From the NCBI GenBank assembly GCA_964270895.1, contig OZ185435.1: 64,000 nt of DNA; one strand, 5' to 3'. Position numbers and translations under genes: made by a program. The notes under the pieces were generated by a model. That model had not been told where the DNA came from, did no database searches, and saw only the letters and a program-made list of their open reading frames with translations. This DNA is from Podarcis filfolensis (lineage: Eukaryota). Positions 38,370-51,892 of the stretch are shown one piece after another. Numbering within the stretch: the first letter of the stretch is position 1; every line of letters starts with the position of its first letter.

Positions 38370-38806
38370 GTTGTGGTCGGGCTTGGTAGTTAAGCATTAG
38401 TTTCTACTAGCTAGGTCTCAAGTCCAATCCTATGGTCATTTTCTACAGCAGGCAAAATGGCCGCTGCTCCTCTTCATGCGCTGGGGGAATACTTCAGGAA
38501 AATTTGAGTTAGCAGGAAGTGTGGTGTGGTTGAGCTAGCCTCCTGACCACATCATCATGACAGGCTGGGGTTGCCAGCAACGTCAGGGCTGTGCCAATGC
38601 ACCAGTGGCATACCCTCCAAAACGAAATGGCCCAAAACCAGGACGCCATGTGAGTCATGTGACCCATACGTGACGAGTCACGGCACCCAAGAATGTGCCT
38701 CTTGGGGGCTCCCACAAGATTGCTGCCCTCCCAAAGCACTTTTTCAGGGAGAGAGTGTAGCCTGAAATCATGGCAGCATGAAAATGAGGGGGGGGGGAAC
38801 CCAGTA

Positions 38807-39048
38807 CAGTGGTACCTCAGGTTAAGAACTTAATTCGTTCTGGAGGTCCATTCTTAACCTGAAACTGTTCTTAACCTGAAGCACCACTTTAGCTAATGGG
38901 GTGTCCCGCTGCTGCCATGCCACTGGAGCACGATTTCTGTTCTCATCCTGAAGCAAAGTTCTTAACCCAAGGTACTATTTCTGGGTTAGTGGAGTCTGTA
39001 ACCTGAAGTGTCTGTAACCTGAGGCGTCTGTAACCTGAGGTACCACTG
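38807..39048. mobile_element. Tigger-like MITE, copy 6
   Basis: TIRs and TA TSD. Confidence 0.9.
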
Positions 39049-39176
39049 TATGTCCCATTTTTTCCAGGACAGTTGATGAGTATGCAGTGGGAGGGCTGGA
39101 ATAGCTTTGACACAGTGGCTGCAGAGCCCTGACCTTACCACCGCCTTGCCTCAGCATCATCTAGGTAAGGTGCAGT

Positions 39177-39429
39177 CACTGGTGGAGGAAGAGAAGTGCG
39201 GGGGGGAGCGCACCGCCCCTGGTAGCACGATCCTGGTGGGGTGCCATCGCGGCTGCTCCCCCAACCGCGCTGGGCACCACACCCCTGCAGGCGGTGTGCA
39301 ACACCCCCAGGATGCATGCCGCATGCCACGCCCCCTGTGGGCGGTGCGCCATGCCCCCGGGACGCATGCCAGCCCCTCTCCCCACCTGCTCTCCGCCCCC
39401 CGGTGCCGGAGCATGAAACTCCGCCACTG
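39177..39429. mobile_element. GC-rich hAT MITE (CAGTGGCGGAG-type TIR)
   Basis: Perfect 8-bp TSD GGTGCAGT (39169-39176 / 39430-39437). TIR CACTGGTGGAG / CTCCGCCACTG. Confidence 0.85.
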
Positions 39430-40560
39430 GGTGCAGTCACAGGGAGGCCAGCTCCATCCCACTACAGCCGCCGCCACTGAATACTCATATGGCATTTAGA
39501 CAATACTGTGATTAGTGGAGAGCTAATATCTGAAGGAAGGATCATCCGCCTCCCATGAGCCATGTGGAATTCAGAACCCTAGTTGCTGAAATGGATGGAG
39601 CTCAGAAGTAAATTATGCTGATTTTTAAATAATAATAATAATAATTTACAATAACAGTTCTTTCTGGGGGTCCTTTTATTATTTTGGAGAACAGTCTTCA
39701 GAAATTCTTATAAGTGACAGAGTCAAAATCCACCATTTCTGTCTAGTGTTTTGCAGCAACTATATTTTGTAGAGCCATGTCTCTTTAAATCTACCCATGG
39801 AAATATTCCTTCTGGTCTACAGGATGCCAAAAACGACTGAATGATTTATTTATGTGGAACTTGGCAGACTATCGCCCGGATTGTGGGTGAAGCTGAATTT
39901 TATGAGCTTTCTCCCAAGTGAGTTTATTGACAATTTTTAAAAAATAAATAAACAAAAAAAATTAAATTAAAAAGTCTATGTAGGGTTTGGCATAAATTTC
40001 ACATAAATATTATCAGGAGCAGCTATGGCTGACATGGAGGAGGCTTTTTAAATGGCGTAAAAATATTAATCTATTAGCATAATTCTGTATTTAGGAGGTG
40101 AAGATTTTTCCTGTCGGAAACAGTAAACTTTCCTTTTAACAAATAATAATATTTTTACTGGCCTGATTTGGCCATTTCTAACGTGACATTTCCTGAGGTG
40201 AAATGGAATTTTTGCCCCTTGAAAGATGAATGTCTCATTGTCATCCCAGTGATAACAAAAAGCGGCAAGCTGGTGCGATGATGTAAGGGAGCAATTTTCT
40301 GCCCGGTTTTTATATTATTTGAATATTTGTATGACTGATGAAACAAAACATGAGGGGAAAGAAGGCCACGTGATAGAGTGTGCAGCCAGGGAGAACAACT
40401 CAGCATTTTGCTGGAATAAGAATGTCGCTGTAGATTACGCTCTAATAGTATTGTTATATTTGGTAAATAAATTGACCTACACTAAGCAAATAAAATAAAA
40501 ATAATGCCACTTGACTCAGGTGGTACTGAGATTTTCCATATTGTTCTTGGTAAGTTCTTG

Positions 40561-40917
40561 GTAAAAAGGTAAAGGGACCCCTGACCATTAGGTCCAGTCA
40601 TGACAAATGACTCTGGGGTTGCGGTGCTCATCTCGGTTTATTGGCCGAGGGAGCCGGCGTACAGCTTTCGGGTCATGTGGCCAGCATGACTAAGCCGCTT
40701 CTGGCAACCAGAGCAGCGTACGGAAACACCGTTTACCTTCCTGCCGAAGTGGTACCTATTTATCTACTTGCACTTCGATGTGCTTTTGAACTGCTAGGTT
40801 GGCAGGAGCAGGGACCGAGCAACGGGAGCTCACCCCGTCGCGGGGATTCGAACTGCAAACCTTCTGATTGGCAGGTCCTAGGCTCTGTGGCTTAACCCAC
40901 AGCGCCACCTGCGTCCC
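40561..40917 (-). mobile_element. Full-length Sauria SINE
   Basis: 18-bp TSD GTTCTTGGTAAGTTCTTG (40543-40560 / 40922-40939). Confidence 0.93.
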
Positions 40918-43888
40918 TCAAGTTCTTGGTAAGTTCTTGTAAAAGATGGCCCGTAACTGACCATGATCTGGCAAGAAATTGAGGGTCTTCCTGGCTATGT
41001 TTACTAAGCTGCTTCTGATAGCGATCCAGCTACGGACAAGCTTCCTCTAACACTACTTCCCACTCAGCTTGGTAGCGATCCCAAACTAAACAGGCTCTGA
41101 GTCAGTCAAAATGGAAAACCAAGGCAGCAATCCTAAGCACATTTCCTAGGAAGCAAGCCCTACAGGATTGCACTGCACGACTCACAATTTGCTTCCTTCT
41201 CTCTGTGTTGTGTGCATATGTGTGTGTGTTTTTAAAAATCAGGATAGGCAAGCTGTAAAAAGAGAAGCAATTGAACCTTTCCCCATCTGCTAATTTTTTT
41301 AGTTTTAAACTTTCTTCCCCCAAGTTCTTTTTTAACCTGCAGACAAAATGATCTGGAGTCCCTCAATCTTCCCTGTATCTTTCCTTCCATGAGTGGGAGG
41401 GAGGGTTGATTTTGACCCTGTTGCTTGGATCACACCGAAATCTTAATGCTAAAGGCTAATCTGTTTAATATGAAATATCCTGTTTCAGGGCACAAAGGCA
41501 AGCAGGCTAGATTTATCTGTCCGATTCTTCCAAGCATAGTAACAACTTTGAGGAAATCAGTGTATCGCAGTTAAATAATAAATCTGTATAAGGTAACACT
41601 TTTCTTTTCTTTTTTAAGCAAAAGGTCCAAGAAGTATGAAAAAGCATACAGAATTGACAGTGGGGATTAACTGAGGAATATTAGAATGCCATTCCTATTT
41701 CTTGCTTTGATATTGCATATTGGAACAACAGTTATAGTTGATTCAATCGGCCTGTCAGAAGCTCAGTTGGGGACCATTTTATTTATAATTTTAATTAGAC
41801 TAATGAAAGTCTCCACTATAACTTTCCATTGTTGCTGATTTTCTTCTCTTCTCTTCTCTTTTCTTCTCTTCTCTTCTCTTTTTCCTTTTTTCTTTTTCTT
41901 AATAATAATTAACTATTGCAATTTTGTGTGTTCATTGCCATTTTTACATGGTGCACTCCAACTGCAGTGCTCCAAACGACAATTGCTGAAGGCAGAAATT
42001 ACAAATGCTAATTTAAATGCCTTTCTGCATGAATCCAGGGGTGTGAAGTCAGGAGCGGGCAGCTGTGGGTCCTCCCCATGCTGTTGGACTCCAATTCCCA
42101 TCAGTCTCAGACAGCATGCTGGGAGTTGTAGGCAAATCTGGAGGACTGCACATTCCATGGCGGCTGTGTTAAATGTTGCAGTCCTTGACATAGCTGTCAG
42201 CTTACAGATTTGAAAATAAGGGACCAGCAGCCTCGAAAATAAGGGATCAGCAGCCAAAATAAGGGATCAACAATTACTTTGATAAAATACATATTTTGTT
42301 GTGTGCAAATGGCTTTAGATACCTATTAGGTCCATAAATTACCATATAGCATATATTCAACACAAAAAAACAGCAACAATTTGTTGTTGACAAAGCACAG
42401 CTGGACATAGAAAGGGCCCCATTACCTTCAGTAGCTTATTTAAGGGACATCATCAATAAGGGACAGCAGTGGGACATGGGACTGGGATAAGGAACTGTCC
42501 CGCCAAATAAGGGACGCTTGACAGCTATGGTCCTTGAGGCAGCGAGTGCTTCATCAGATAGAAGCTTGAAGTCGAGAAACGGACAAGAGACTTGCTTCCA
42601 AGCAAACTTGGTACAACGTTTGGAAAAGATGCCTCTAAGAATCAGGCCCTTGGAACGCTGAGGCATTCCACACACAGAATGCCAATGGTCCGTTCCATGC
42701 CCTCAGGACATCAGGGCATGAAAATGTCCTCCTCAGTCCTGAGTTCCTGTTGGTAGTTTTCTGCATTCGGCCATTGGGGTTCCAATTTCTATTACAGCTT
42801 CAGCTCCTATCACATGCCCATCTAGCAAACATGCATGCTGGCTTGACTGCATTGTAAATATCCCACAAGATTGAGATCGGCGGGGCAGTGCCCCCATTTG
42901 CCCCAATGGAGCGGCCTCCACTGTGTGTAGCTCACTAACAGTGATTCAGTCATTACTTAAGAACACTGCAAAACTATTTCCATGTTTTTTCCTGCTTGCA
43001 ATCCAAACAGCGTTCTAAATTTGTCTGATTTTGCTGCTGCTCTAATTAGCCGCATGCACCCCAGTTGCGGAGGAGGCATGCAAATAAACAAGCACAAGTT
43101 TTAGATTGTGAATTATTCATCCATTAAAAATTCGATTTCCTTGCACTGCATATTCAAATCATTAAGAAGCCAGTAGCATGGTGGGGGGTGGCAGCTAGTG
43201 GGGTAGAAGGGACCTTGGCACAGAACAGAATTATGCAATGTCATGGGCACATTAACATTTGGATCAAAATTTTACATTGTGTCAACCCAGTAAACAGTAT
43301 AAATGGTTCGGATTTGCAATAAATAATTGTCTATTAATACTCTGGCACGATGTAGCAAATTAAAGTCTCACTCCAGTAAGCACAGTTGCAGGCTGGAGCC
43401 AGGGCTGAAGGAAGGCGACTGTCTCACAGTGTCGCAGTAGAAAGGGAGTATCATGGAGAGTCTGCCTTGCAGTAAGGAAAAATGCAGGCAGCAAGTAGTT
43501 AGAAGCACCCAGTGTGCGTCGCTGTGCCCAAACTCTTGCTAATAATAAACAACAACAGCAATGCACAGCTTGCGCAAAGTCAGGCTTGCCCCTTGACATC
43601 AAGCAGACCTACAGCCAGATCCTGAAGCATGAAGTCTCATTGATTTCAATAGGATTTATTGCCAAGTAAATATTATTTGGGCTGCACGTAAACATCCCTG
43701 TTTTCACCCCCCACTGATGGTGTTTCAGTAAGAACAATGTGCATTAAAACTCCAGAGGGCTTTCTCATTTGTGCATTGGGTCAGTGGAACAATGGATGCA
43801 GGGATGGAGGAAAAATCCATTTCAAATTAATCTATATATGGAATCCAGTGGTTCTGACCCAACTGAGTTTTACTCACATTGGACTGCC

Positions 43889-44770
43889 CAGTGGCGTAGC
43901 GTGGGTTGTCAGCACCCGGGGCAAGGCAAGTAATTTGCGCCCCTTAACCCGTGGATTTTAGCACTCGAGTGCGAGCGCGCCCCCCCCCAGATGTTGCGGC
44001 CGGTGCGGCCGGCCCCCCCTGCACCCCCCACGCTACGCCACTGGGGCTGGGGGCGAGCGAAGGAGCCAAAGACCCCCCCAAAGGCTCAGCAGGAATTTAT
44101 TAAATTTATTATTTGCGGAGCCCCCGCGGGCCGAGGCAGCCGAAGCCCCCTCCCCTCGGGCGCCTCCCCGCCCCCTCCTCTCCTTGGGCTGTAGGTGGAG
44201 CCCGCGCTCCGAGGCGCTCCAGATCCGGGCTTGGCGAGCGCCTCTCCTCCTCCCGGCCGGGTCCGGGGGCTTCCAGCCGAGCTCCGTCCTCGCCCCCCCT
44301 CCCCCGCGGCTGAGACTTGCGCTGAGAGCCGGAGCCAGCGGCGCCCCCTTCCGACGGGAGACCCTCGCCCGCCCGCCGGCTTCCTCTCGGAGGGTTTTGG
44401 GGAGGGCAGGGCGCGTCGAGGCCCCTCGGAGCTCTCCTCCCTCCCAGTCGGCAGAAGCAGCCGCCGCCTGTGGCTGGGCCGAGGGGATGGCGCCGGCGTC
44501 GGCATCGGGGTGCGGAGGCTGCCGGTGCCCGGCCAGGCGTCGGTGGCGGCGTCGGCGCTGCTGCAGCGGCTGCTCCTCCTGCGAGCAGTGAGTGGAGCGC
44601 AGCCGCAGCGGCTGCGGCGGGGGTGGCGCGCGCTAGGGCGCAAGGCTGGCGGCGGCGGCGGGGAGCCCGGCGGAGGAAGGAACTTGTCCCTTCCCTCTGG
44701 ACTCGCGCCCCCCCCAGATGTTGCGCCCGGTGCGGCCGGCACCCCTGGCACCCCCCACGCTACGCCACTG
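43889..44770. mobile_element. Composite hAT-like element with ~660-bp CpG-island-like cargo
   Basis: Left TIR at 43889, internal right end finishing at 44043, second right end finishing at 44770. Perfect TSD GGACTGCC (43881-43888 / 44771-44778). Confidence 0.85.
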
Positions 44771-45195
44771 GGACTGCCCGCTTATAACTGAGCCACTTAA
44801 TTAAAAGAAGAAGGAGCCTGACTAATTACATGCAAAGTTATATTTTCCACAAAACTGTGTATATGTACAAAGCATATAAAAGAGTCAGGTCTCATACTGT
44901 GCTTCTGTACTGTACTCATAACTGCACTGTGTTTCTGCAGTATCTTTTTATATTAAAACATACATTTATTTTTATGTGCTGGTTACTTTAAGAAATCTGG
45001 AGAGCGTATGTGTATATTGTTATGCATGTAACAATGCAAATAAGAATGCATATAATAGTGGAGAATTGTTCATAGTTTTAGCAGAACAAGAGCAGGGTAG
45101 AATTGCTTTTTATTGAGATTAAGGAGCAAGGTGGGAATTTTAAAGATCCAGGTGATTAAGATTGGCATCAAGGTTTTCAAAAAGGTTACCCCTAA

Positions 45196-45550
45196 CAGAC
45201 CCTCCAAGTGTCCCTATTTTCCAGGGACGTCCCTGATTTAGAGAAGCAGCCCTGGTTTCTGATTTGATCCTGGAATGTCCCACTTTTCCTTAGGATTTTC
45301 TTATTTTTATGGGAGAAATGTTGGAGGGGATGGAGTTACCTATCTGATCCCCGAGCCGTCTGAAGGCAATCCTGAATAGGGAAGGGTTGTTTTTTTAAAA
45401 ATGTTTAATGTTTTATTATGTTTCTATATATGTTGGAAGCTGCCCAGGGTGGCTGGGGCAACCCAGTAAGATGTGTGGGGTATAAATAGTAAAATTATCA
45501 TTATGGAATGGGATGTCCCTATTTTCATGGGAGAAATGTTGGAAGGTGTG
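45196..45550. mobile_element. Composite TIR MITE with L2 tail, copy 3
   Basis: Collinear with 191-534. Confidence 0.72.
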
Positions 45551-47285
45551 CCCCAACTGTAAGTAAAACCTAGAATTGAACAAAGCCTTAACGGGATGCC
45601 GGCTACAAACCTCGTTTCACTGAACTATTCAGTTTCCTCAGAAGGAAATAGAGAAATCATAAACCTTAAATGACCAAATTCAAAGAAAGGGGGTAAATCT
45701 CCCCAAAATTCTGAAGTACTATAATCCTAGCTCCAAAGCAGATTTAGGGAGGACATGTTGAGAGAAAAGGTTCTGCTGCGTGAATGGAAATCCTTGTGCT
45801 GACAGGAGTACGTCGTTTGAAACCACCCAATGTTTGCACCCTCAATACTTTCTCTCTCTACCAGGACAATGCAGTTTGTCATATATCCTCATTTCTCCTT
45901 GTACTGTGGAATTTCAAGATCCAGCCTATAAACTACACAGACTTAGGACCATTCTCCTCCCATCACAATATTGAAGCATGCGTTTCAATTTTGAATTCTA
46001 ATGCCTCTGTCACGTCTCCAAAATATACAGAACCTTGATGCTTAGAAATGCTTTGCCCCATTTTTCAATTTTCTCTTAGCATATTCCTTTGACAGGAGTT
46101 AATTGCAGAGTTGCTGTGCAATAATGCATGTTATTACATGGCTAGCTACACAGTAACTTCACTGGGAGCAATGATAATTACAGAGTAAATTGTGTTAATG
46201 CCCCTGTGTTATTATTTGGTAAGTGTGTAATTATGTTGAGTGACCTGTGCAAATCAGATTCACATTCTCATTTTCCTTTACCTCACCCACAGAATAATGG
46301 CACATATATGTGGATATGTGTAAAGCTCCTCAAGAATGTACATTTTTGGCAAGGGCTTTGTGCCCTCCCAGTCTATCTCCACCTCAAGGTAGTAATTTCA
46401 GATTGGTTGCTATTGCCAATATGCACCAAATTGGGAAAATGCTGGTTGGGATCTTTGTTTTAAAAACCATTTCCACCCTTATTAACCTGCCTGAGATTTA
46501 GTATTAGCCACACATAGACCCTGTACAAAGATATGCCGTCAAGATCAATGATACTGGCAGGCAGAAGGGACGAGGCCTTTTCAGTAGAGGCCCCCTTTTT
46601 AATGGAACTTCCTCCCGAGGGAGGTGCACTTAGCTTCTTCTCTTTTGGCTTTTAAGCGGGCATTAAATACCCTTTCATTTCAGTCTGCTTTTGGTTAAAA
46701 ATGAAGAGCTGGGTTCCTAAGCTGTTATTACTCTTTGTTTTGAATTGCAATAGTGTTTTATTGATCTGCATTGGAACTGTTTTTTAATATATAATTATTT
46801 GTAGGGAAGTCACTCCATTCCCTTGATGGATATACCCTGAATTTAGCATTGATTATGAATTTGTGGACAGAATGTACGCTTCCATGCATTCAGTAAACAT
46901 GGTTGAAGAATGAGATGAGGGTTTATGCAATGAGACTGTGTGTAAACTTTAGCTGCACTACTGTCAGGTCCCAAAGGTCCTAAGACTCTCCTGAGGTGGT
47001 GTAGCTGATTTTAAATCCAGTTTTAGGGGCTTTTGTGCAGTTCTGTCTGTTCAAGACTTAGTCAAGGTACTTTTATCCTCTGGATTCTATGCACTTGGAC
47101 TCGGGAAGGACAGCATCATTTGCTGTTTTGCCTCAGGCAGCAAAACATTTTGGTTCAGCAGGTAATGTCTGACTGTGGACTTTGGAAATCAAGTGATTTT
47201 GAGTTATCATCAGAGAGTATTTTTAAAACACCCTAGCAATATTTGGAACACCTTGTTGGGCCATTTGATGGATTTTATTTAAAAC

Positions 47286-47413
47286 CAGGGATGTGTTTTT
47301 CAGCTGGAAATCAGTTCCGGCACCTCTCAGGTGGGTGCCAATGCCATTATAAGAGAACAAGGGAGGCGTTCATGGTGAGTTCCAGCCCCTCTTTTTCTAG
47401 AAAAATGGCCCTG
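47286..47413. mobile_element. Short hAT MITE (gaggtgccggaactc family), copy 2
   Basis: Perfect 8-bp TSD TTTAAAAC. Confidence 0.85.
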
Positions 47414-47607
47414 TTTAAAACTATTGCCAAATTCTGTAATACCGGAACAACACAGGGTGAAACCAACTGAATGGACTCTTCGAAGTCCCTTTGGATTAAT
47501 TAATTAATTAATTAATGAGTCCCTGAAACGTGTTGTTAAGACAATGAGTCAAGTCAGAGTGCTGGAGAGAAATTTAGAGTCATGCAAGCCAAAACGATAT
47601 TAAATTA

Positions 47608-47849
47608 CAGTGGTACCTCCGGTTAAGTACTTAATTCATTCTGGAGGTCCGTTCTTAACCTGAAACTGTTCTTAACCTGAAGCACCACTTTAGCTAATGG
47701 GGCCTCTTGCTGCTGCTGCGCCGCCGGAGCACAATTTCTGTTCTCATCCTGAAGCAAAGTTCTTAACCCGAGGTACTATTTCTGGGTTAGCGGAGTCTGT
47801 AACCTGAAGCGTATGTAACCTGAAGCGTATGTAACCTGAGGTACCACTG
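47608..47849. mobile_element. Tigger-like MITE, copy 7
   Basis: TIRs and TA TSD. Confidence 0.92.
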
Positions 47850-49702
47850 TAGTGGGAACCGCAAAGCTTGCAAAGTACCAAAACACACAAACAAACAAAA
47901 CCCAAAACCTTTGGAGGGGATCCCTAGCAACTAAAAAAAGTAGGCCCTCTCAGCAGCCGCAGAATACTAACTGACCATGGAAGGTGAGGAACAGAAAGTT
48001 GGGGAGAAGGAGGAATGCAATAGAGTATCTGGATAAAGGGACTTGCTGGCTTCTTGGAATACCCTGAATAGGAGGATTCCAGGCTTGGTTTGTATCCTAA
48101 ATTTCTAATAACAAGCTTACTAGTGTCAGAGACCCATCAAATTCACTGAGGGGTGAACAGGAATTAAGCCAGGGCCAAACAAAATATTGCTAGCCGGCCA
48201 AAGGAGCATTTGTATTTATTTATTTTTTTATATAAAAAAGAAACATTCAAATGATGCAATGGAAGATCATTTGCAAGGCCTGGCAGAGGAAACCACGAGA
48301 TTTTCCCCGCAAGGCAACTGGAATGCAGGTGCCATCAGAATTGCACGGGCTCATGCGAGCAGAACAGTATGCCCATTCATGCCTAGAGATTTTTAATGTC
48401 TGGGGGCACATGACTTCAGCGTCAAGCGGACAAGTTGATTCACGGCTGCAGAGCTGTGCAACCATGTCGTAAGTGAAGCTGTATATTTGTCACGACCCGT
48501 TTTATGCGTGTGCAGGTAGGAAAGCAACTCCTACCTTATGTCTCCATTGGAGAGGAAGGCGCCACGATTCTCTCCCTGGGCAGCGCACAGAGAAGCAAGG
48601 TGGTTATAAATAGCAGTGAATGCAAAGGAAAAGGCAGCAACATGCCCAAATAACTTTTAAAAGCGATGCTTGTTAAACATGCAACATTGTTAGACAAACA
48701 ACATGCAGAAGAACATAGTAAATTGCCTTACCCTGACCACTGGTTCATCTAGCTGGCAGCAGCTCCTCAGGGGTTTGGGTACGGAACATTCCCAGTTCAA
48801 CATGGAGATGCTAGAGATTATACCTGGAGATTTCTGCCTGCAGAGCAGATGGTCTACCACTGAGCTACGGCCTTTGCGATTTACTATCCTCCTTGCCGTT
48901 TCCTACCTATCCACCACTAGATCCCAGGGTGAGTTGTGATAATTTAAAACCCAATATGAAAAACAGTTGAAACAAATTGCAATCGCAGGAACAGGGAAGG
49001 TCCTGAAAATGCCAAGTGCTGTTTCTGGCCTTAGAGTGTTGCAAGAGGCTATGGCCTCCCAATTCAGGAATAAACAACATGAGGTGGTGAACATCTCAGC
49101 CATATCAACAATACTTTGGCAAAACTTGTTTCAGTGTAGAGATCAGCAACTGAAGGCCCAACAGCCAAGGCCAAATCCAGCCGCTTGAGCTGCCTTTCCA
49201 TTCCTGTCCAAGGTAGCCCATAGTTAAGAGCAGGAGGTAATGGTGACAAGCAACAATGTTTGTGGATAGCCCACTTCGGGGAAATTGGAAGAAGCCAACT
49301 TATCATCCAACATCAGCTTCACAGGTGCTTCTCTGGAGGAGGCTGGGACACGCTGTCAGGAAGGTTGGGGCCATGGGAATACAGTTGTGGGAGCACTGGA
49401 TTGGTGGTGACCCTCCACATAAGTGCAACCTCACCCCCCCAAACCTATCTCACCCACCCCAACCCCTTTCAGATAAGCAGTGATGCCAGTGCTGAGACAG
49501 TAGCTCCACTCCGCAACAATAACAACTGATTATCATTATCATTATTATCATGGGAGGGGGGTCCTTTATTTTTAAATTTTATTTTTCAGTTTTTCAATTT
49601 AACAACAACAACAACAACAACAACAACAATAATAATAATAAAAATACGATTACATACACAGTTGTTTAGACTTCCCTCCTCCTCTTGCCTTGGTTCCCTA
49701 TA

Positions 49703-49889
49703 CAGTGGTACCTCGGGTTACAGACGCCGCTAACCCAGAAATAATACCTCGGGTTAAGAACTTTGCTTCAGGATGAGAACAGAAATTGTGCAGCGGCAGC
49801 GGGAGGCCCCATCAGCTAAAGTGGTACCTCAGGTTAAGAACAGTTTCAGGTTAAGAAAGGACCTCCAGAACAAATTAAGTTCTTAACTG
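49703..49889. mobile_element. Tigger-like MITE, copy 8
   Basis: Left TIR intact, right end partly deleted, TA flanks. Confidence 0.85.
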
Positions 49890-49967
49890 TACAAACATTT
49901 TCAAAATGGCACCTCCTCTTTCACTCCTTTTGTTTATTACTCTCTGTATCATTATCGTTATGATCAG

Positions 49968-50109
49968 CAGTGTTATTTTTCTAGAAAAAGAGGTGCTGGA
50001 ACTCACCATGAACACCTCCCTCGTTCTCTTAGAATGGCAATGGCGCCCACCTGAGAGGGGCCAGAACTGAGTTCCGGCGAGTTCTGGCTGGGGGAAAAAA
50101 GCAAACCTG
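49968..50109. mobile_element. Short hAT MITE (gaggtgccggaactc family), copy 3
   Basis: Family body. Flanks ATGATCAG/ATTATAAG form a partial TSD. Confidence 0.75.
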
Positions 50110-51007
50110 ATTATAAGTTATTAAATTTGTTGTTCGCTTTATCTTGCCCAAGGCAACCCAAAGTGACTTACAATCAATTCTGCTGCTCCCTGCTTCCCTA
50201 GCAGCCTCTGTCTCCTTTGTGGCTGAATGACACAAGTGACCTTATAACACAGTTCACACAAGCAAGCTTTACCTACGATCCCTTTTGGAGCTATGCGGCG
50301 TCGGACCCAAAGAAGCAGGGGAAATGCAAAATGACTTGGCAAATGGCAAAACGTCCAGTGATTTACAAGACATCAGCCCAAGGCCTTTTGCTTGCTCTCT
50401 GCAATATCACAGGAATGTCTCTGATCATAATCTGGCTCTTCTTACTTCTGCTGAGGTGCAAAACAGTGAAATAACCCCTGCTTATGACAATGAATAACAG
50501 AGAAAGTCCCTCCCCCTTTCCTTTTCCCTTTTCATTCAAGCATGTTTTATATCAAAGCAGACAGCTACATCCAGGTGCATTTAGCTGCATTTGTCATTGC
50601 CAGGGAAAGGAAAGCTTATGCAGAATTCACACAATGTAGGGGGGACCCCCCTCCCTTCTTCCTCTAAAGATTCATCAATTTTGAATTTATTCTGAATTTA
50701 TTTACATGAAATATGGCATTCTCGACTGCAGCTGTGAAATGCCCTCTAGGTTGTGACTATTGCCAATCAAATGCTGCTATTATAGGGCCCTTTAAGAAGC
50801 AAGATTTTAAATAGAGAATGGAACAACGCGACTTGCTGTGCTCATTTGCTTGTGCTAACTGTCGAGAGGAGAGAATATTTCAAGCAGTTTTGACATCCAG
50901 GTTCCTCAGATCCAAGAGTGCCAAATGGCACACACACACACCCCTCTTCAGCAGCGCACCTGGGATGGTTTACAAAAACATGATGAAATACACAAATAAA
51001 TTATAAT

Positions 51008-51062
51008 AGGAAGGAAGGAAGGAAGGAAGGAAGGAAGGAAGGAAGGAAGGAGGGAAGGAAGG
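51008..51062. repeat. (GGAA)n microsatellite
   Basis: Direct inspection. Confidence 0.95.
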
Positions 51063-51183
51063 ATCAACATATATTAAAGAGCCTGGGCAAAGAAGATTGT
51101 ATTTGTCAAGCTCTGAAAAGGATAACAGTGTTGGCACTAAATGGGCCTTTCTGGGCAGTGAATTCCACAAACATGGTGCTGAG

Positions 51184-51310
51184 ATCATAGAATCATAGAA
51201 CTGTAGAATTACCCCCCAGGGTAATTTAGTCCCCCTCTCTGCAATGCAGGAATGCTGCTCACAGCCGTCCCTGGATGGGATCAAACCACCAACCTTCTGG
51301 TTAACAGCAA
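51184..51310 (-). mobile_element. tRNA-Asn(GUU)-headed SINE with CR1-type tail
   Basis: Minus strand gctgttaaccagaaggttggtggtttgatccca-ccagggacg is tRNA-Asn-like, followed by ttcctgcattgcag...ttctatgattctatgat. Confidence 0.75.
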
Positions 51311-51316
51311 GGTTGC

Positions 51317-51606
51317 CAGGGCTGTCTCAAGCATATGCGGTGCCAGAGTGCAAAGATCCTCCCACACACACCCCAGGTTGCCCACTCCCAGGGGGGCTGA
51401 GCCAACCGGCCGGCTGCCTTAGCGTCACCCCTGAACTCGCGGCACAGAGCCACCCGCAGCAGAAAAGCCCCTCCACGGCGCTTCGACTGACGGGCGGGCT
51501 CTTCCCAGGACTCAGCTCTCGGGCCCCAGACTCTCGGCCTGGCGCCCCTGAGAGCCTGGCGCCCGGGTGCCCCACACCCCTAGCTCCTATGGGTAAGATG
51601 GCCCTG
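51317..51606. mobile_element. GC-rich TIR element splitting the tRNA-Asn head
   Basis: CAGGGCTGTCTCAAGCATA / TATGGGTAAGATGGCCCTG imperfect TIRs. No TSD. Confidence 0.5.
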
Positions 51607-51865
51607 CCCATTGTGTCACTGGGGAGAAGTCTTTCTCTCTGGTCACCACCTCCCTTATCCCAGATTTGGAGCAACTGCCTCAGTGGGGCAGAGTTGCATC
51701 GATAGGCTCCTGATAGCAGTGTTGCTGCCATGTATCGGGAGGGCAGGGGAGATGGGATTTGCCTTTTTCACAGCTGCCGCACACTGGGTCAACATCTTCA
51801 TTGAGCTGTACGCTACAACCCCACAGTCTCGTTCATGGTCAGTCACTGCCAGTTTAGAGTCCACG

Positions 51866-51892
51866 AGTGTGTGTGTGTGTGTGTATACACAC

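Noticed and set aside
39107-39499. Five overlapping ORFs
   Set aside because: Explained by a GC-rich hAT MITE.
8444-41592. Several plus-strand AG...GT exon-like segments (about 8444-8505, 25270-25345, 28255-28373, 39823-39918)
   Set aside because: No recognisable peptides and no consistent phase chain; some have stops in all frames. They cannot be supported without RNA data.
44086-44791. Long overlapping ORFs (up to 221 aa) as a protein-coding first exon, or the region as the native promoter CpG island
   Set aside because: Stop-poor GC-rich DNA opens several frames. The peptides are low-complexity, and the region is enclosed by TIRs and a perfect TSD.
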